From assembly GCA_030646995.1 (NCBI GenBank), contig JAUSKF010000004.1, forward strand, positions 84,404 to 148,403: a stretch of DNA of 64,000 nt. Direction: 5' to 3'. The notes under the pieces are model-generated. The model did not search any database and was not told the DNA's origin. It saw nothing but the letters and a program-made list of their open reading frames with translations. Shown in pieces: positions 1-9,173 of the stretch. Made by a program: the position numbers and the translations under genes. This DNA is from a bacterium. Lineage in GTDB: Bacteria > Patescibacteriota > Minisyncoccia > UBA6257 > WO2-44-18. Each line of letters opens with the position of its first letter. Position 1 is the first letter of the stretch.

Positions 1-209
1 TCTCCGTTGAGAGCCATGCCTGCTTTCAACACCGATTCCACGGCTTTTTTATTTATCACTGGTAGAGTTCCGGGGTGACCAGTACAAATCGGGCAGATGT
101 TTATGTTTGGATGTTTCTCTTCTGGGTCGTTAAGACAATCACAAAACATCTTGGTTTGCGTTTTCAGCTCCGCGTGAACTTCCAGACCAATTGTGGGTTT
201 ATATTGCAT
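1..209 (-). CDS. gatB: Asp/Glu-tRNA amidotransferase subunit B, N-terminal part (runs off window)
   Basis: Manual translation MQYKPTIGLEVHAELKTQTKMFCDC...NICPICTGHPGTLP; not in the ORF track. Confidence 0.95.
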   Translation of the reverse strand, partial: MQYKPTIGLEVHAELKTQTKMFCDCLNDPEEKHPNINICPICTGHPGTLPVINKKAVESVLKAGMALNG

Positions 210-280
210 ATTTCTCGTTAGTCTTATTATACTTCAACCAGGCTCATTGAAAAAAGACCCCTAGAAATAGAGGAGGCAGG

Positions 281-1213
281 ATGAGACTTCGAGAGAAGAT
301 TATGTATTGCGCTATGCCGACCCGATTGACTCATTTGAGCGCCAAGGTGCGCCGAATTGCCTGGCAGGCCGGCTTTGCTCCATCGATTCCTTTTGATGTA
401 GGGCCTTTCAAATATTTTGAAGGCGGCATTATTGGACGGACGGAAACCCTGCGCTTTATGATCGATTATATGAAAATCTGCGGAACGGTCGGAATTTTCG
501 GAATTTCCGAAGGCGTGATGGGAGAATTGAAAACCGCGCTCGATGAAGGAAAGAAGATCCGGGTTTTCCCGGGATTGGATCCCGAGTGGGATGCAATGTA
601 TGAAAAGTTGAAGTGCAAATACAGCGATCTTTTTGCCCGGCTACGCGGGCCGCATCAGTTGTTTAATCTCGTTGGAGCTAAAGCCATCGGAAAAACCTTC
701 TGGTCTAACTGGCTTCTCGAGCAACTCGGCGATTGTTTGGCTAGAGTGAAAAACACCACAACTCGCCAACCTCGCGATAAAAGAGATTATGAATCTTATC
801 GGTTCGTTACCAAAGAGGAGTTCTTGAAATCGCGAGCGGAACATAAATTTCTGGAAACGGTCTGGTATCACGACAATTACTATGGCTCCTCGCTCGGCAA
901 TATCCGGAAAGTGCTGAAGCACTGCAACGGCATCTGCGCGCTGACCCCAAAGGGCGCTATTGCGCTTAATCGGCATCGACTGGAGGTCAACCTGACCACT
1001 ATCCTACTAGTGGCAAAGTCTCCGGACATTCTGATGAAGAACTTTTCGCGCCGAAAGGATATCAACCCTGAACGGCAGAAACGGCTCTTGGAGGAAGCTC
1101 GCTCTTTTACTCTGCCTCCAAGCGTGCCCCATAAGAAAATCATAATCACCGGCAACAACGAGGAAGACGCAAAAAATATCTTGAAAATCGTAAAGCCTTT
1201 GATTGCAGAATAA
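281..1213 (+). CDS. Fusion of NDT-like (DUF4406/DUF7768-type) domain and guanylate kinase-like domain
   Basis: N-term CGTVGIFGISEGVMGEL..A; C-term P-loop GAKAIGKT, TTRQPR, YRFVTKEEF, FLE..YYG; SD GGAGG. Confidence 0.7.
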   Translation: MRLREKIMYCAMPTRLTHLSAKVRRIAWQAGFAPSIPFDVGPFKYFEGGIIGRTETLRFMIDYMKICGTVGIFGISEGVMGELKTALDEGKKIRVFPGLDPEWDAMYEKLKCKYSDLFARLRGPHQLFNLVGAKAIGKTFWSNWLLEQLGDCLARVKNTTTRQPRDKRDYESYRFVTKEEFLKSRAEHKFLETVWYHDNYYGSSLGNIRKVLKHCNGICALTPKGAIALNRHRLEVNLTTILLVAKSPDILMKNFSRRKDINPERQKRLLEEARSFTLPPSVPHKKIIITGNNEEDAKNILKIVKPLIAE

Positions 1214-1215
1214 TT

Positions 1216-1247
1216 AAAAACCGCCCTTTAGGGGGCGGATTTTTTAT
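1216..1247. terminator. Bidirectional intrinsic terminator
   Basis: AAAAA-CCGCCC-TTTAGG-GGGCGG-ATTTTTT between convergent genes. Confidence 0.8.
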
Positions 1248-1760
1248 TTACGAAGAGCTTCCACCGTTCAGCCACTTACGAAGCCAATTATCCCAGATGA
1301 CATCAAGGTCGGAGGTCTTCATCTTCGGACACTGGATAGTGAAGATTCTCTTTCTTTCTGTTTTGGAGATGATCGCCATAATGCAGTGCTTGTCGGTAGG
1401 CTTGAGCATAATCGTGGGAATCTCTTTGGCGTGAGAGTGAAAAACCTCGCCGAGAGTATTGTCGCCCACATACCCAAATTCCCTCTTCTGCCCTTCGAGC
1501 GGCAAGGGATTGAAGATTAGGCAAACACCACCCATATTCCCGACCTCGTTGATCTTGTCCAGATGGGTGAGCACCAAGCCAGAGCTTTCGCGAGGAGAAG
1601 TTTTCGGACGAAGCCGTTCAGGCTTCTTGATGATCTTCTTGCGATGGAATTTAAAATCCGGATAGAAGACCAGCACGCCCTTCTTCTCCAGAAAATTCAC
1701 AAATGATTGCAACTCCTCTTTGAATCGCTGACTGCAACAGATCACCAGTGGACGATACAT
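1248..1760 (-). CDS. Nucleoside 2-deoxyribosyltransferase-like Rossmann protein
   Basis: Start reassigned to MYRPL (GGAGG SD); motifs ICCSQRF, HLDKI, GYVGDNTLGEV. Confidence 0.6.
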   Translation of the reverse strand: MYRPLVICCSQRFKEELQSFVNFLEKKGVLVFYPDFKFHRKKIIKKPERLRPKTSPRESSGLVLTHLDKINEVGNMGGVCLIFNPLPLEGQKREFGYVGDNTLGEVFHSHAKEIPTIMLKPTDKHCIMAIISKTERKRIFTIQCPKMKTSDLDVIWDNWLRKWLNGGSSS

Positions 1761-1824
1761 TAAGCCTCCGAAGTAATCGAAGTTCTGCCTTAAAAATAAC
1801 AAAACAAAATCGAGATAGCAACGG

Positions 1825-2394
1825 CTAAACCAAATTTGAGGGAGGGGCCAAATGCTCACCAAATTTATCGTGCGGTAAGTCTTTAAACAATCCACCCGAG
1901 CCACGGGAACGTTTTATTCCGCGGCCTAGTACTTTTAAGATTGCCTCTGCTCCGCCTGGCCATTCTTCAAACTTCACTCCCTTCTGCGCAAACATTTGCA
2001 TTGTTGCTTCACGAGCTTTTGCGTTGGAATAGGTGCCGGCAGTAACCACCCTCGTAATTCCCTTTTGCATTAATACCTTCGAACAGTCCACGCAGGGCGT
2101 GCCCACTATGTAAGCGGTTGCTCCGCGTAAATCTTCCCGCACGGTATTTAAAACTGCGTTCACCTCACCATGCAAAGTGCGCACGCAATGGTTATTCTCC
2201 AAAAGATGCCCCGCTTCGTCGCAAGTCTCCAATCCCGACACGGACCCATTATATCCCGTGCCGACTACGTGCTTATCTTTATTTACCAAAACACAGGCGG
2301 TGCGTAGCCGATCGCAAGAGCCGCGATTGGAAAGCCACCAAGCCTGCACCAAGAAAGTTTCGTCCCAATTGGGTTTATGGCTCAAAGAATCCAT
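1825..2394 (-). CDS. dCMP deaminase / ComEB family zinc deaminase
   Basis: SC.R, GTGYNG, HGEVNA, PCVDC. Confidence 0.9.
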   Translation of the reverse strand: MDSLSHKPNWDETFLVQAWWLSNRGSCDRLRTACVLVNKDKHVVGTGYNGSVSGLETCDEAGHLLENNHCVRTLHGEVNAVLNTVREDLRGATAYIVGTPCVDCSKVLMQKGITRVVTAGTYSNAKAREATMQMFAQKGVKFEEWPGGAEAILKVLGRGIKRSRGSGGLFKDLPHDKFGEHLAPPSNLV

Positions 2395-2457
2395 TACTTC
2401 CTATACTACCAAACCATTCACTCTTTTAAAACTTTTTGGCGCAGGGCAGCTGCCTCT

Positions 2458-2527
2458 AAGGAACATGCCGGAGACGATTTTGATTGGTTTGTTTGTTAAT
2501 ACAAACGAAAAATCGTCGAGGGAGAAG
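2458..2527 (+). repeat. Structured repeat family A, copy 1
   Basis: AGGAACATGCCGGAG-stem-GATTGG-hairpin-stem-CGAGGGAGAAG; related copies at 41181(+) and 57673-57732(-). Confidence 0.7.
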
Positions 2528-2551
2528 AAAAACAGCCCGCAGGAGACTGTG

Positions 2552-2814
2552 GGCCCCTATTTCCACATATTCCATCTAATTTGGAAGCTAAAAAATGAGG
2601 CAAGTTCGCGAAGTGAGCCACAGCTTTACAAGCGTAAAGCTAGGCGAACGAACAAAGAAATTGGCCATTTTTTAGCTTCCCGAAGGGCGGGTTAATTTTG
2701 AATAGCTTCTTTGTTACTCGGATTAGACATAGAGTCTATGTCTGCATCCTCGTGGTCGCGAATCTATTCAAAATTAACTCCGCCAAATTGATGCGATATG
2801 TGGAATTAGGGGCC
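2552..2814. repeat. Y-shaped palindromic element, family B copy 1
   Basis: Terminal IR GGCCCCTATTTCCACATAT/ATATGTGGAATTAGGGGCC with two long internal hairpins. Confidence 0.75.
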
Positions 2815-2857
2815 AATTCTGTTTCCGAGGAGGCAGTTGACCGATAAGCCAGAAAGT

Positions 2858-3289
2858 TTATTTCTCTATTACCTCGATGCCCATATTCTTAGCAGTACCG
2901 GCGATAATTTTCATTGCCGCCTCCACATCATAAGCATTCAAGTCAATCATTTTGCGCTCGGCAATCGCCCGCAAGTCAGCTTTGGTAACTTTACCAACTT
3001 TGGTTTTCAGCGGATCACCAGAGCCTTTTTCAATGCCGGCAGCTTTCTTCAACAAAGCGGAAGCCGGAGGAGTCTTCAATTTGAAATCAAAGCTACGATC
3101 TTCATAAATCGTAATTTCCGCCGGGACTACGTCGCCAATCATTTCCTTTGTGGCGTCGTTGAACTTCTTGCAGAAGTCCTGAATGTTTACGCCGTGCTGA
3201 CCTAAAGCCGGGCCGATCGGCGGCGCTGGGTTGGCCTTACCGGCCTCAATCTGTAACTTTAATACTGTTTTAACTGGTTTTCCTGCCAT
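2858..3289 (-). CDS. rplK: 50S ribosomal protein L11
   Basis: [17 protein letters not shown]. Confidence 0.99.
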   Translation of the reverse strand: MAGKPVKTVLKLQIEAGKANPAPPIGPALGQHGVNIQDFCKKFNDATKEMIGDVVPAEITIYEDRSFDFKLKTPPASALLKKAAGIEKGSGDPLKTKVGKVTKADLRAIAERKMIDLNAYDVEAAMKIIAGTAKNMGIEVIEK

Positions 3290-3312
3290 AAATTAAGTAA
3301 AGAGATTATAGC

Positions 3313-3867
3313 TTATAACTTTTGAACCTGCAAGGAATCAAGCTCTACCACGGTGTCGCGTCCGAAAATTGCCACCAGCACCTTAACTTTGCCCTTTTCC
3401 TCATCAACCTCCGCCACCTTAGCGTCGTAGTCCTTGAAAGGACCATCGGTGATTTTGACAGACTCACCCACCTGCAACTCTACTTTGAACTTTACTTCCT
3501 CCTCTCCGCCGCTGATTCGCTTCAACAAAGATTCAATCTCGTCTTTAGAAAGAGGGGTCGGCTTGGTACTGTCCGGACCCACGAAACCGGTAACACGTGG
3601 CGTGTTGCGCACGACATACCAAGTGTCTTCGGTGAGAATCATTTCCACCAGAACGTAACCGGGATAAATTTTTTCCTCCACGGCGCGACGCTTGCCGTTC
3701 TTAATCTTAATCATCTTCTCTTTCGGAACGATAATGTTAAAAATCTTGTCTCCCATAGCCAAAGACTCCACGCGTTGCGTTAAGTAGCGCGCTACGGCAT
3801 CTTCGTAGCCCGAATAAGTGTGTACGGCAAACCACTCCCTTTCTTTTTTAGTTTCTACCTTATCCAT
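3313..3867 (-). CDS. nusG: Transcription factor NusG
   Basis: WFAVHTYSGYE, YPGYVLVEM, KOW domain. Confidence 0.99.
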   Translation of the reverse strand: MDKVETKKEREWFAVHTYSGYEDAVARYLTQRVESLAMGDKIFNIIVPKEKMIKIKNGKRRAVEEKIYPGYVLVEMILTEDTWYVVRNTPRVTGFVGPDSTKPTPLSKDEIESLLKRISGGEEEVKFKVELQVGESVKITDGPFKDYDAKVAEVDEEKGKVKVLVAIFGRDTVVELDSLQVQKL

Positions 3868-3875
3868 TTTTATTA

Positions 3876-4058
3876 TTAAATAATTTGGCTAAGCAGATAA
3901 GCGAACGCGGTGTCCAAAACTCCCAAAAACATTGCTATGGCAACCGAAAAAACCACTACGATCATCGTTAGCCGCATTGTTTCTGAAAAAGTGGGCCAAT
4001 TAACCCTTGTGAACTCCTGTCTGGCCTCCTGCCAAAAAGCTGTAACCTTACTAAACAT
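3876..4058 (-). CDS. secE: Preprotein translocase SecE
   Basis: EFTRVNWPT plus TM helix; upstream of nusG. Confidence 0.95.
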   Translation of the reverse strand: MFSKVTAFWQEARQEFTRVNWPTFSETMRLTMIVVVFSVAIAMFLGVLDTAFAYLLSQII

Positions 4059-4066
4059 TAATACCT

Positions 4067-4095
4067 ATTCTATATCACGATTAAGAAAAAGTCAA
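4067..4095 (-). promoter_or_regulatory. Sigma70 promoter for secE (near-leaderless)
   Basis: TTGACT-17-TAGAAT, 8 nt before the ATG. Confidence 0.7.
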
Positions 4096-4160
4096 CGTCA
4101 GACTGACAATATAGGCTTAATTATGCTACAATAACGCCAGCACCAAAAATAGGAACGGCT

Positions 4161-4505
4161 ATGAACATTGACTGGTACGGGAATGACGGCAGCTGCAATC
4201 CTCTCCCAGGAACTATGGCGACAGCCACTTGCGGAGTTTGTGGCTCGCCGATGAACGTCGAAAGAAACGTTCTTGCCCCAACCGGCCTCGCAGAAGCTAT
4301 GTCCGGCAATAAGCATCTACACGATCGGTTCACCCGCCCCAATAAAACCCGGGATTGGCATGCGGAAATTAATCGCCTCCTAATGGCGATATACATAAAA
4401 GAAATCGATGCGCTGGTGAGTTTCGAAAAGATTAATCTCGAGGAACTTAGGAAAGATGCCGCAAAAAAGATCTTAGAAATTCTCAATGCCAACGGAATAA
4501 AATAA
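4161..4505 (+). CDS. Hypothetical protein (CxxC and HxHD motifs)
   Basis: Own promoter-like TACAAT, AGGA SD, terminator at about 4505-4540. Confidence 0.65.
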   Translation: MNIDWYGNDGSCNPLPGTMATATCGVCGSPMNVERNVLAPTGLAEAMSGNKHLHDRFTRPNKTRDWHAEINRLLMAIYIKEIDALVSFEKINLEELRKDAAKKILEILNANGIK

Positions 4506-4590
4506 ATCGCCCCGACTCTGTCGCGGGCGGTTTTTTATTAAAAAGCGCATCGCGCTACATACTTGGCCAACTACCACCTAATAATTTAAT

Positions 4591-4748
4591 CGAGGCAGAC
4601 ATTTCTTCCCCGAAACCCGAGCGAGCTTAATCGGCTTTGGAGGTTTTTGTATAATATATCTTTAACAAAAACCCGATTAGCGCGAGCGCCAAGCGGAGTT
4701 CGCCGCAGGAGCGAATGAAGCGGGTTGAGGGAAGAGATGTCTGCCTCG
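4591..4748. repeat. Long branched inverted-repeat element abutting the gyrB stop
   Basis: CGAGGCAGACAT...ATGTCTGCCTCG closing stem with internal hairpins. Confidence 0.65.
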
Positions 4749-6743
4749 TTAAATATCCAAATTCTTTACGTACTTAGCCCGGCTCTGAATAAATTGCTTA
4801 CGCGGCTCAACTTCTTCGCCTAAAAGAATATCAAACAGACGGTCCGCTTCTTTGGCGTCGTCAATCACCACCTTCAATAAAGTACGATTAGCGGGATTCA
4901 TCGTGGTTTCCCAAAGCTGTTCCGGGTTCATTTCTCCAAGACCCTTGTACCGCTGGACGTTAAGACCCTCTTTCGGCAACTTATCCATCTCGGCCTGCTT
5001 ATAAATATATTTCACCTCTTTCCCCTTCTGCACGTGATACAACGGCGGCTGGGCGATATACAAATACCCGCCTTCAATAATCGGCAAGAAATGACGGTAG
5101 AAAAGCGTGAGCAGAAGCGTGCGGATGTGAGAGCCGTCCACGTCGGCATCAGTCATCAGTACGATTTTGTGATAGCGAAGCTTTGTGAGATCGAAAGATT
5201 CAGCAATGGCGGTACCGAGAGCAATCACCAAAGATTTAATTTCTTTGTTGAGCAACATTTTATCAATACGGGATTTTTCCACGTTCAAAATCTTGCCCTT
5301 CAACGGCAAGATAGCTTGCGTGCGGCGGTCGCGGCCTTGCTTGGCGCTTCCACCGGCAGAGTCTCCCTCAACGATAAACATTTCTGAATCTTCCGGATTC
5401 CTCGAGCTGCAATCAGCCAATTTACCCGGCAGGGTCAGTCCTTCGAGGACACCCTTACGCAAAACGGTATCCTTAGCAGCTTTCGCGGCCTTACGCGCCT
5501 TGGCGGCGAGCATACAACGCTCAATTACACGGCGGGCGTCCGCGCTATAGCGCTCCAAGAAATCCTTCAAAGCTTCACCGGTCACAATTTCCACAGCCGT
5601 GCGAGCTTCGGTGTTGCCTAAGCGAGCCTTGGTCTGACCTTCAAATTGAGGCTCGCGAAGCTTCACAGAAACAATCGCAATCAAACCTTCACGCACATCA
5701 TCACCGGTGAAATTCTCATCATCTTTGCGAATGTATTCTCCAGAGCGGGCGTAATCGTTGAGCGAGCGGGTAAGAGCCGAGCGGAAACCGGTGAGATGCA
5801 TACCACCGTCGGGAGTGTAGATATTGTTGGCGAAGCTCAACTCCTGAATTTCCATCTCACTGTTGTAAATGAAAGCCACCTCCACCTCAACGTTCTCGGA
5901 ATCTTTTTGGATATAAAAAGGAGTTTCCTGCAACGGTTTTTCTCCTTTACTCAAATATTTAATGAAGGAAAGAAGGCCACCGTCGAAATAAAAGGAGTGG
6001 AACTGCTCATCTTTTTCATTCCGCAAATCCACCACTTCCAAACGGATGCCCTTGGTCAAGAAGGCCTGCTGGCGAAGATGGTCAAGAATACGCTTTCTAT
6101 CAAATGGATTATCTTTTCCTGTGGCGGCCGGAAAGATTAACGGGTCGGGCTCAAAAGTAACTTTGGTACCGGTGGTTTTAGAACTGCCGATTTTTTTTAC
6201 TTTATATTGCGGCTTGCCCTGCTTATATTCCTGCGTGTAGACTCCTCCATCGCGGTTTACTTCCACCTGCATCCAGCTGGATAACGCGCACACTACGGAA
6301 ACACCCACACCATGCAAACCGCCTGACACTTTATAAGACTCGCCGCCGAATTTACCACCAGCGTGCAAGGTGGTCATCACAGTTTCCAATGTGGATTTTT
6401 TCGTTTGCGGGTGAACTTCTACCGGAATACCGCGGCCGTCGTCCACTACCGAGATACGGTTTTGAGGCAACAATTCGATTCGGATATTTTTCGCATATCC
6501 GGCCATGGCTTCATCAAAAGAGTTATCCACGACTTCCCAGATCAAATGATGCAAACCGGCGAGATCAGTCGTGCCGATATACATACCCGGGCGCTTCCTG
6601 ACAGGGTCCAAACCCTCCAAAACGTAGATGTCTTTCGCGGTATAAGAGCCGGGCTTATTTGAGTCCTTAAGGGAAAGCTTCTCGTCCTTCACTTCGGTTT
6701 TTCGGATCTCACTTTTTGGTTCTTTTTCCTCTTTTTTCGCCAT
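4749..6743 (-). CDS. gyrB: DNA gyrase subunit B
   Basis: VRKRPGMYIG, EGDSAGG, MTDADVDG, QRYKGLGEM. Confidence 0.98.
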   Translation of the reverse strand: MAKKEEKEPKSEIRKTEVKDEKLSLKDSNKPGSYTAKDIYVLEGLDPVRKRPGMYIGTTDLAGLHHLIWEVVDNSFDEAMAGYAKNIRIELLPQNRISVVDDGRGIPVEVHPQTKKSTLETVMTTLHAGGKFGGESYKVSGGLHGVGVSVVCALSSWMQVEVNRDGGVYTQEYKQGKPQYKVKKIGSSKTTGTKVTFEPDPLIFPAATGKDNPFDRKRILDHLRQQAFLTKGIRLEVVDLRNEKDEQFHSFYFDGGLLSFIKYLSKGEKPLQETPFYIQKDSENVEVEVAFIYNSEMEIQELSFANNIYTPDGGMHLTGFRSALTRSLNDYARSGEYIRKDDENFTGDDVREGLIAIVSVKLREPQFEGQTKARLGNTEARTAVEIVTGEALKDFLERYSADARRVIERCMLAAKARKAAKAAKDTVLRKGVLEGLTLPGKLADCSSRNPEDSEMFIVEGDSAGGSAKQGRDRRTQAILPLKGKILNVEKSRIDKMLLNKEIKSLVIALGTAIAESFDLTKLRYHKIVLMTDADVDGSHIRTLLLTLFYRHFLPIIEGGYLYIAQPPLYHVQKGKEVKYIYKQAEMDKLPKEGLNVQRYKGLGEMNPEQLWETTMNPANRTLLKVVIDDAKEADRLFDILLGEEVEPRKQFIQSRAKYVKNLDI

Positions 6744-6815
6744 AAGCAATACATAGATTATAGCAAAATTATGGGGAAAAGAATAGTATAAAAACAGTAC
6801 CTTTTGGGAGCAATT

Positions 6816-7124
6816 ATGAGCCTCAGCGAAAACGAGGAAAAAGCCTTGAAATTAAGCGAGGAGATGCATGGTTTGCTGGAAAAATGGCTCGGTAAAGATG
6901 GACCGGAGTGCAATGCGGCAATTCAACGCGTTGGCGCAATCAAAAAAGAAATTAATTCTTTCGGTTTCTGGGTAGATTGGCTGGCCAGCATGAAGCTGCA
7001 GCCAAACCCCGACGACAATAAGTTCGAGGTGACAGTAACCGTTTCCAGGCCTCGGCCGGATCTCACTCCACAAGAGAAAGAAATCTACGATATCTGGTTC
7101 AAGCAAATGAACGGAATGAAATAA
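6816..7124 (+). CDS. Hypothetical protein
   Basis: GGGAG SD, ORF, terminator 7127-7151. Confidence 0.6.
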   Translation: MSLSENEEKALKLSEEMHGLLEKWLGKDGPECNAAIQRVGAIKKEINSFGFWVDWLASMKLQPNPDDNKFEVTVTVSRPRPDLTPQEKEIYDIWFKQMNGMK

Positions 7125-7153
7125 CTAAAAGAGGCCTTAGGCCTCTTTTTTGT

Positions 7154-9169
7154 TTAACGTATCTCCGCTCCGAATTTCTCTTCAAGTACAGAAGTAATTT
7201 TTACCATTTCAGCATTCACTTCTTCGTCGGTGAGAGTGTGGTCGTCGGCTTGGAAAACCAACCGGAAAGTTAAGCTCTTGTGATCTTTCTTAGTGTTCTT
7301 GTTTTCTACCGAAGGATCATAGTAATCGATAAGATCCACGTCGTCTAAAAATTGTGGAGCGGCATTTTCCATCGCCTCCATCAGTTTATCCACGCGAGTT
7401 TCCTGATTCACGAATACCGAAATATCCCTATCCACCGAAGGATATTTAGAAAGCGGCTCATATTCTTTTTCCTCCTCTACTAATTTCAAAAGCTTATCCA
7501 AGAAAATCTCCGCTACTGCCGTTCCTTCGGAACCACGCGGAATTCCCAAATAACCGAGTACCTCATGATTGGCTTCAACGCGCAATCCACGATCCTGCTC
7601 TAAGTGCTTCAAATCCCAATCAAGGTCACGGAAAAAGAAATCGGTAAGGCCAACAGACTTCAGTAATTCATCAAGCAGGCCCTTCAATTCCAGAATCGGA
7701 TTTTCCGATTTTGAAGCCAGCGCCACCCCCAACATTGCCTCTTCTTTAAAAATCCCCTCTTTTTCGGTAAACACTTTTCCGACTTCAAAAATCCTCACGG
7801 AATCAAAGAATCGGAAGTTGTCTTCCACATTTTTTATCAGAGCCACAGTTAAATCAGGACGCAAATATTGGAAATCGGCGCTCACAGGATTCAGCAACGC
7901 CGGCGCGCCCCACCACTTCGGATCGGCGTATTTAGTCAGATCTTGCCTAGATAGAAAGGTATGGTTATAAACCTCACTCAAACCAAAACCCTGCAAAACT
8001 CCGCGTAATTTATCTTTTAATACAATATTCTCTTCTTTGTGCGCCGCCTTAATTGGAACGTGCGGGGCTTGGGATTCAAGCTTCTGGTAACCATAGAGAT
8101 TCACAACTTCTTCAACTAAATCCTCAAAAATCGAAACATCATTCCGCCAAGCGGGAATTTCCACAAATCGGCCGGTAATCTTGAAGCCGAGTTTTTTCAG
8201 ATACCCCAAAGCCGCCTTTTCTTCCAGCGACAATCCGGTCAGCTGATTGAAACGTTTGATATCAAATTTCAGCAGACGCTTCGGGTTCTTGGAATAATTT
8301 ACATCTGTCAGTTCACCAATTTTTGCCTTCGTTTCGTCTTTCAACAAAACCGTAGCTCTCTTCATCGCTACTTCGGCAAGCATAGGCGACAGACCGTGAG
8401 AAAATCGGCCGGAAGCATCAGTAAATAAATTCAAATCTCTGGCAGTCTTATAAATTGAAGGACCGTCGAAGCTGGCAGCCTCCACAATAATTTTCCTAGT
8501 GTCTTGGCTGACTTCCGCGCGCTTCCCTCCTTTTATTCCGGCAATCGCCAGCGGGCCCTGAGAATCAGCAATAACGAGATGGCTAGAATTCAACTTGTGG
8601 TCGGCGCCGTCGATGGTGCGAATCGTCTCCCCTTCTTGCGCCATCCGGACTTCAATCGGACCCTTCACTAAATCGGCGTCGAAAGCGTGTAGAGGCTGGC
8701 CGGTTTCAAGCATCACGTAATTCATCACGTCTACCACCGAATTAATCGGGCGCTGACCGCAGGCCATCAAAATATTTCTTAGCCACTCGGGAGAAGATTT
8801 TACAGCCGGAACTTCCAAATATCGCCCGATGTAGCGGCTACAGGCTTTCTTAGAAGAAATTGATATTTCGACAGCGGGATTTTTTAATTCTGCTTTCGGA
8901 TCACGCCCAGCCGATATATCCACTAAGCTGCCGCCAAAAAGCGCCGCGCCCATCCGCGCGATTCCCCAGTGGGAGGAGGCGTCGGAATAGCGATTCGCGG
9001 GAATGGAAATTTCCAATGTATCAGAAGCGCCGCCCTGCCCAGGCAATCCCTGAAGCACGGTTGGCACATCTTCCGCTTCAAAGGCATGAAAATTCAGCTT
9101 TTCTATTAAAGCTTCTTTGGAGGAAATTTTCGGCGCCAGTTGTTTGAGTAAACTATATGAGAATTTCAT
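7154..9169 (-). CDS. pheT: Phe-tRNA ligase beta subunit (compact form)
   Basis: B3/4 GQPLHAFD, B5 DLVEEV, FDX-ACB RDIS. Confidence 0.97.
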   Translation of the reverse strand: MKFSYSLLKQLAPKISSKEALIEKLNFHAFEAEDVPTVLQGLPGQGGASDTLEISIPANRYSDASSHWGIARMGAALFGGSLVDISAGRDPKAELKNPAVEISISSKKACSRYIGRYLEVPAVKSSPEWLRNILMACGQRPINSVVDVMNYVMLETGQPLHAFDADLVKGPIEVRMAQEGETIRTIDGADHKLNSSHLVIADSQGPLAIAGIKGGKRAEVSQDTRKIIVEAASFDGPSIYKTARDLNLFTDASGRFSHGLSPMLAEVAMKRATVLLKDETKAKIGELTDVNYSKNPKRLLKFDIKRFNQLTGLSLEEKAALGYLKKLGFKITGRFVEIPAWRNDVSIFEDLVEEVVNLYGYQKLESQAPHVPIKAAHKEENIVLKDKLRGVLQGFGLSEVYNHTFLSRQDLTKYADPKWWGAPALLNPVSADFQYLRPDLTVALIKNVEDNFRFFDSVRIFEVGKVFTEKEGIFKEEAMLGVALASKSENPILELKGLLDELLKSVGLTDFFFRDLDWDLKHLEQDRGLRVEANHEVLGYLGIPRGSEGTAVAEIFLDKLLKLVEEEKEYEPLSKYPSVDRDISVFVNQETRVDKLMEAMENAAPQFLDDVDLIDYYDPSVENKNTKKDHKSLTFRLVFQADDHTLTDEEVNAEMVKITSVLEEKFGAEIR

Positions 9170-9173
9170 TCCG

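Noticed and set aside
2177-2695. 172-aa plus-strand ORF and the many antisense ORFs over core genes
   Set aside because: Shadow frames without motifs or start signals
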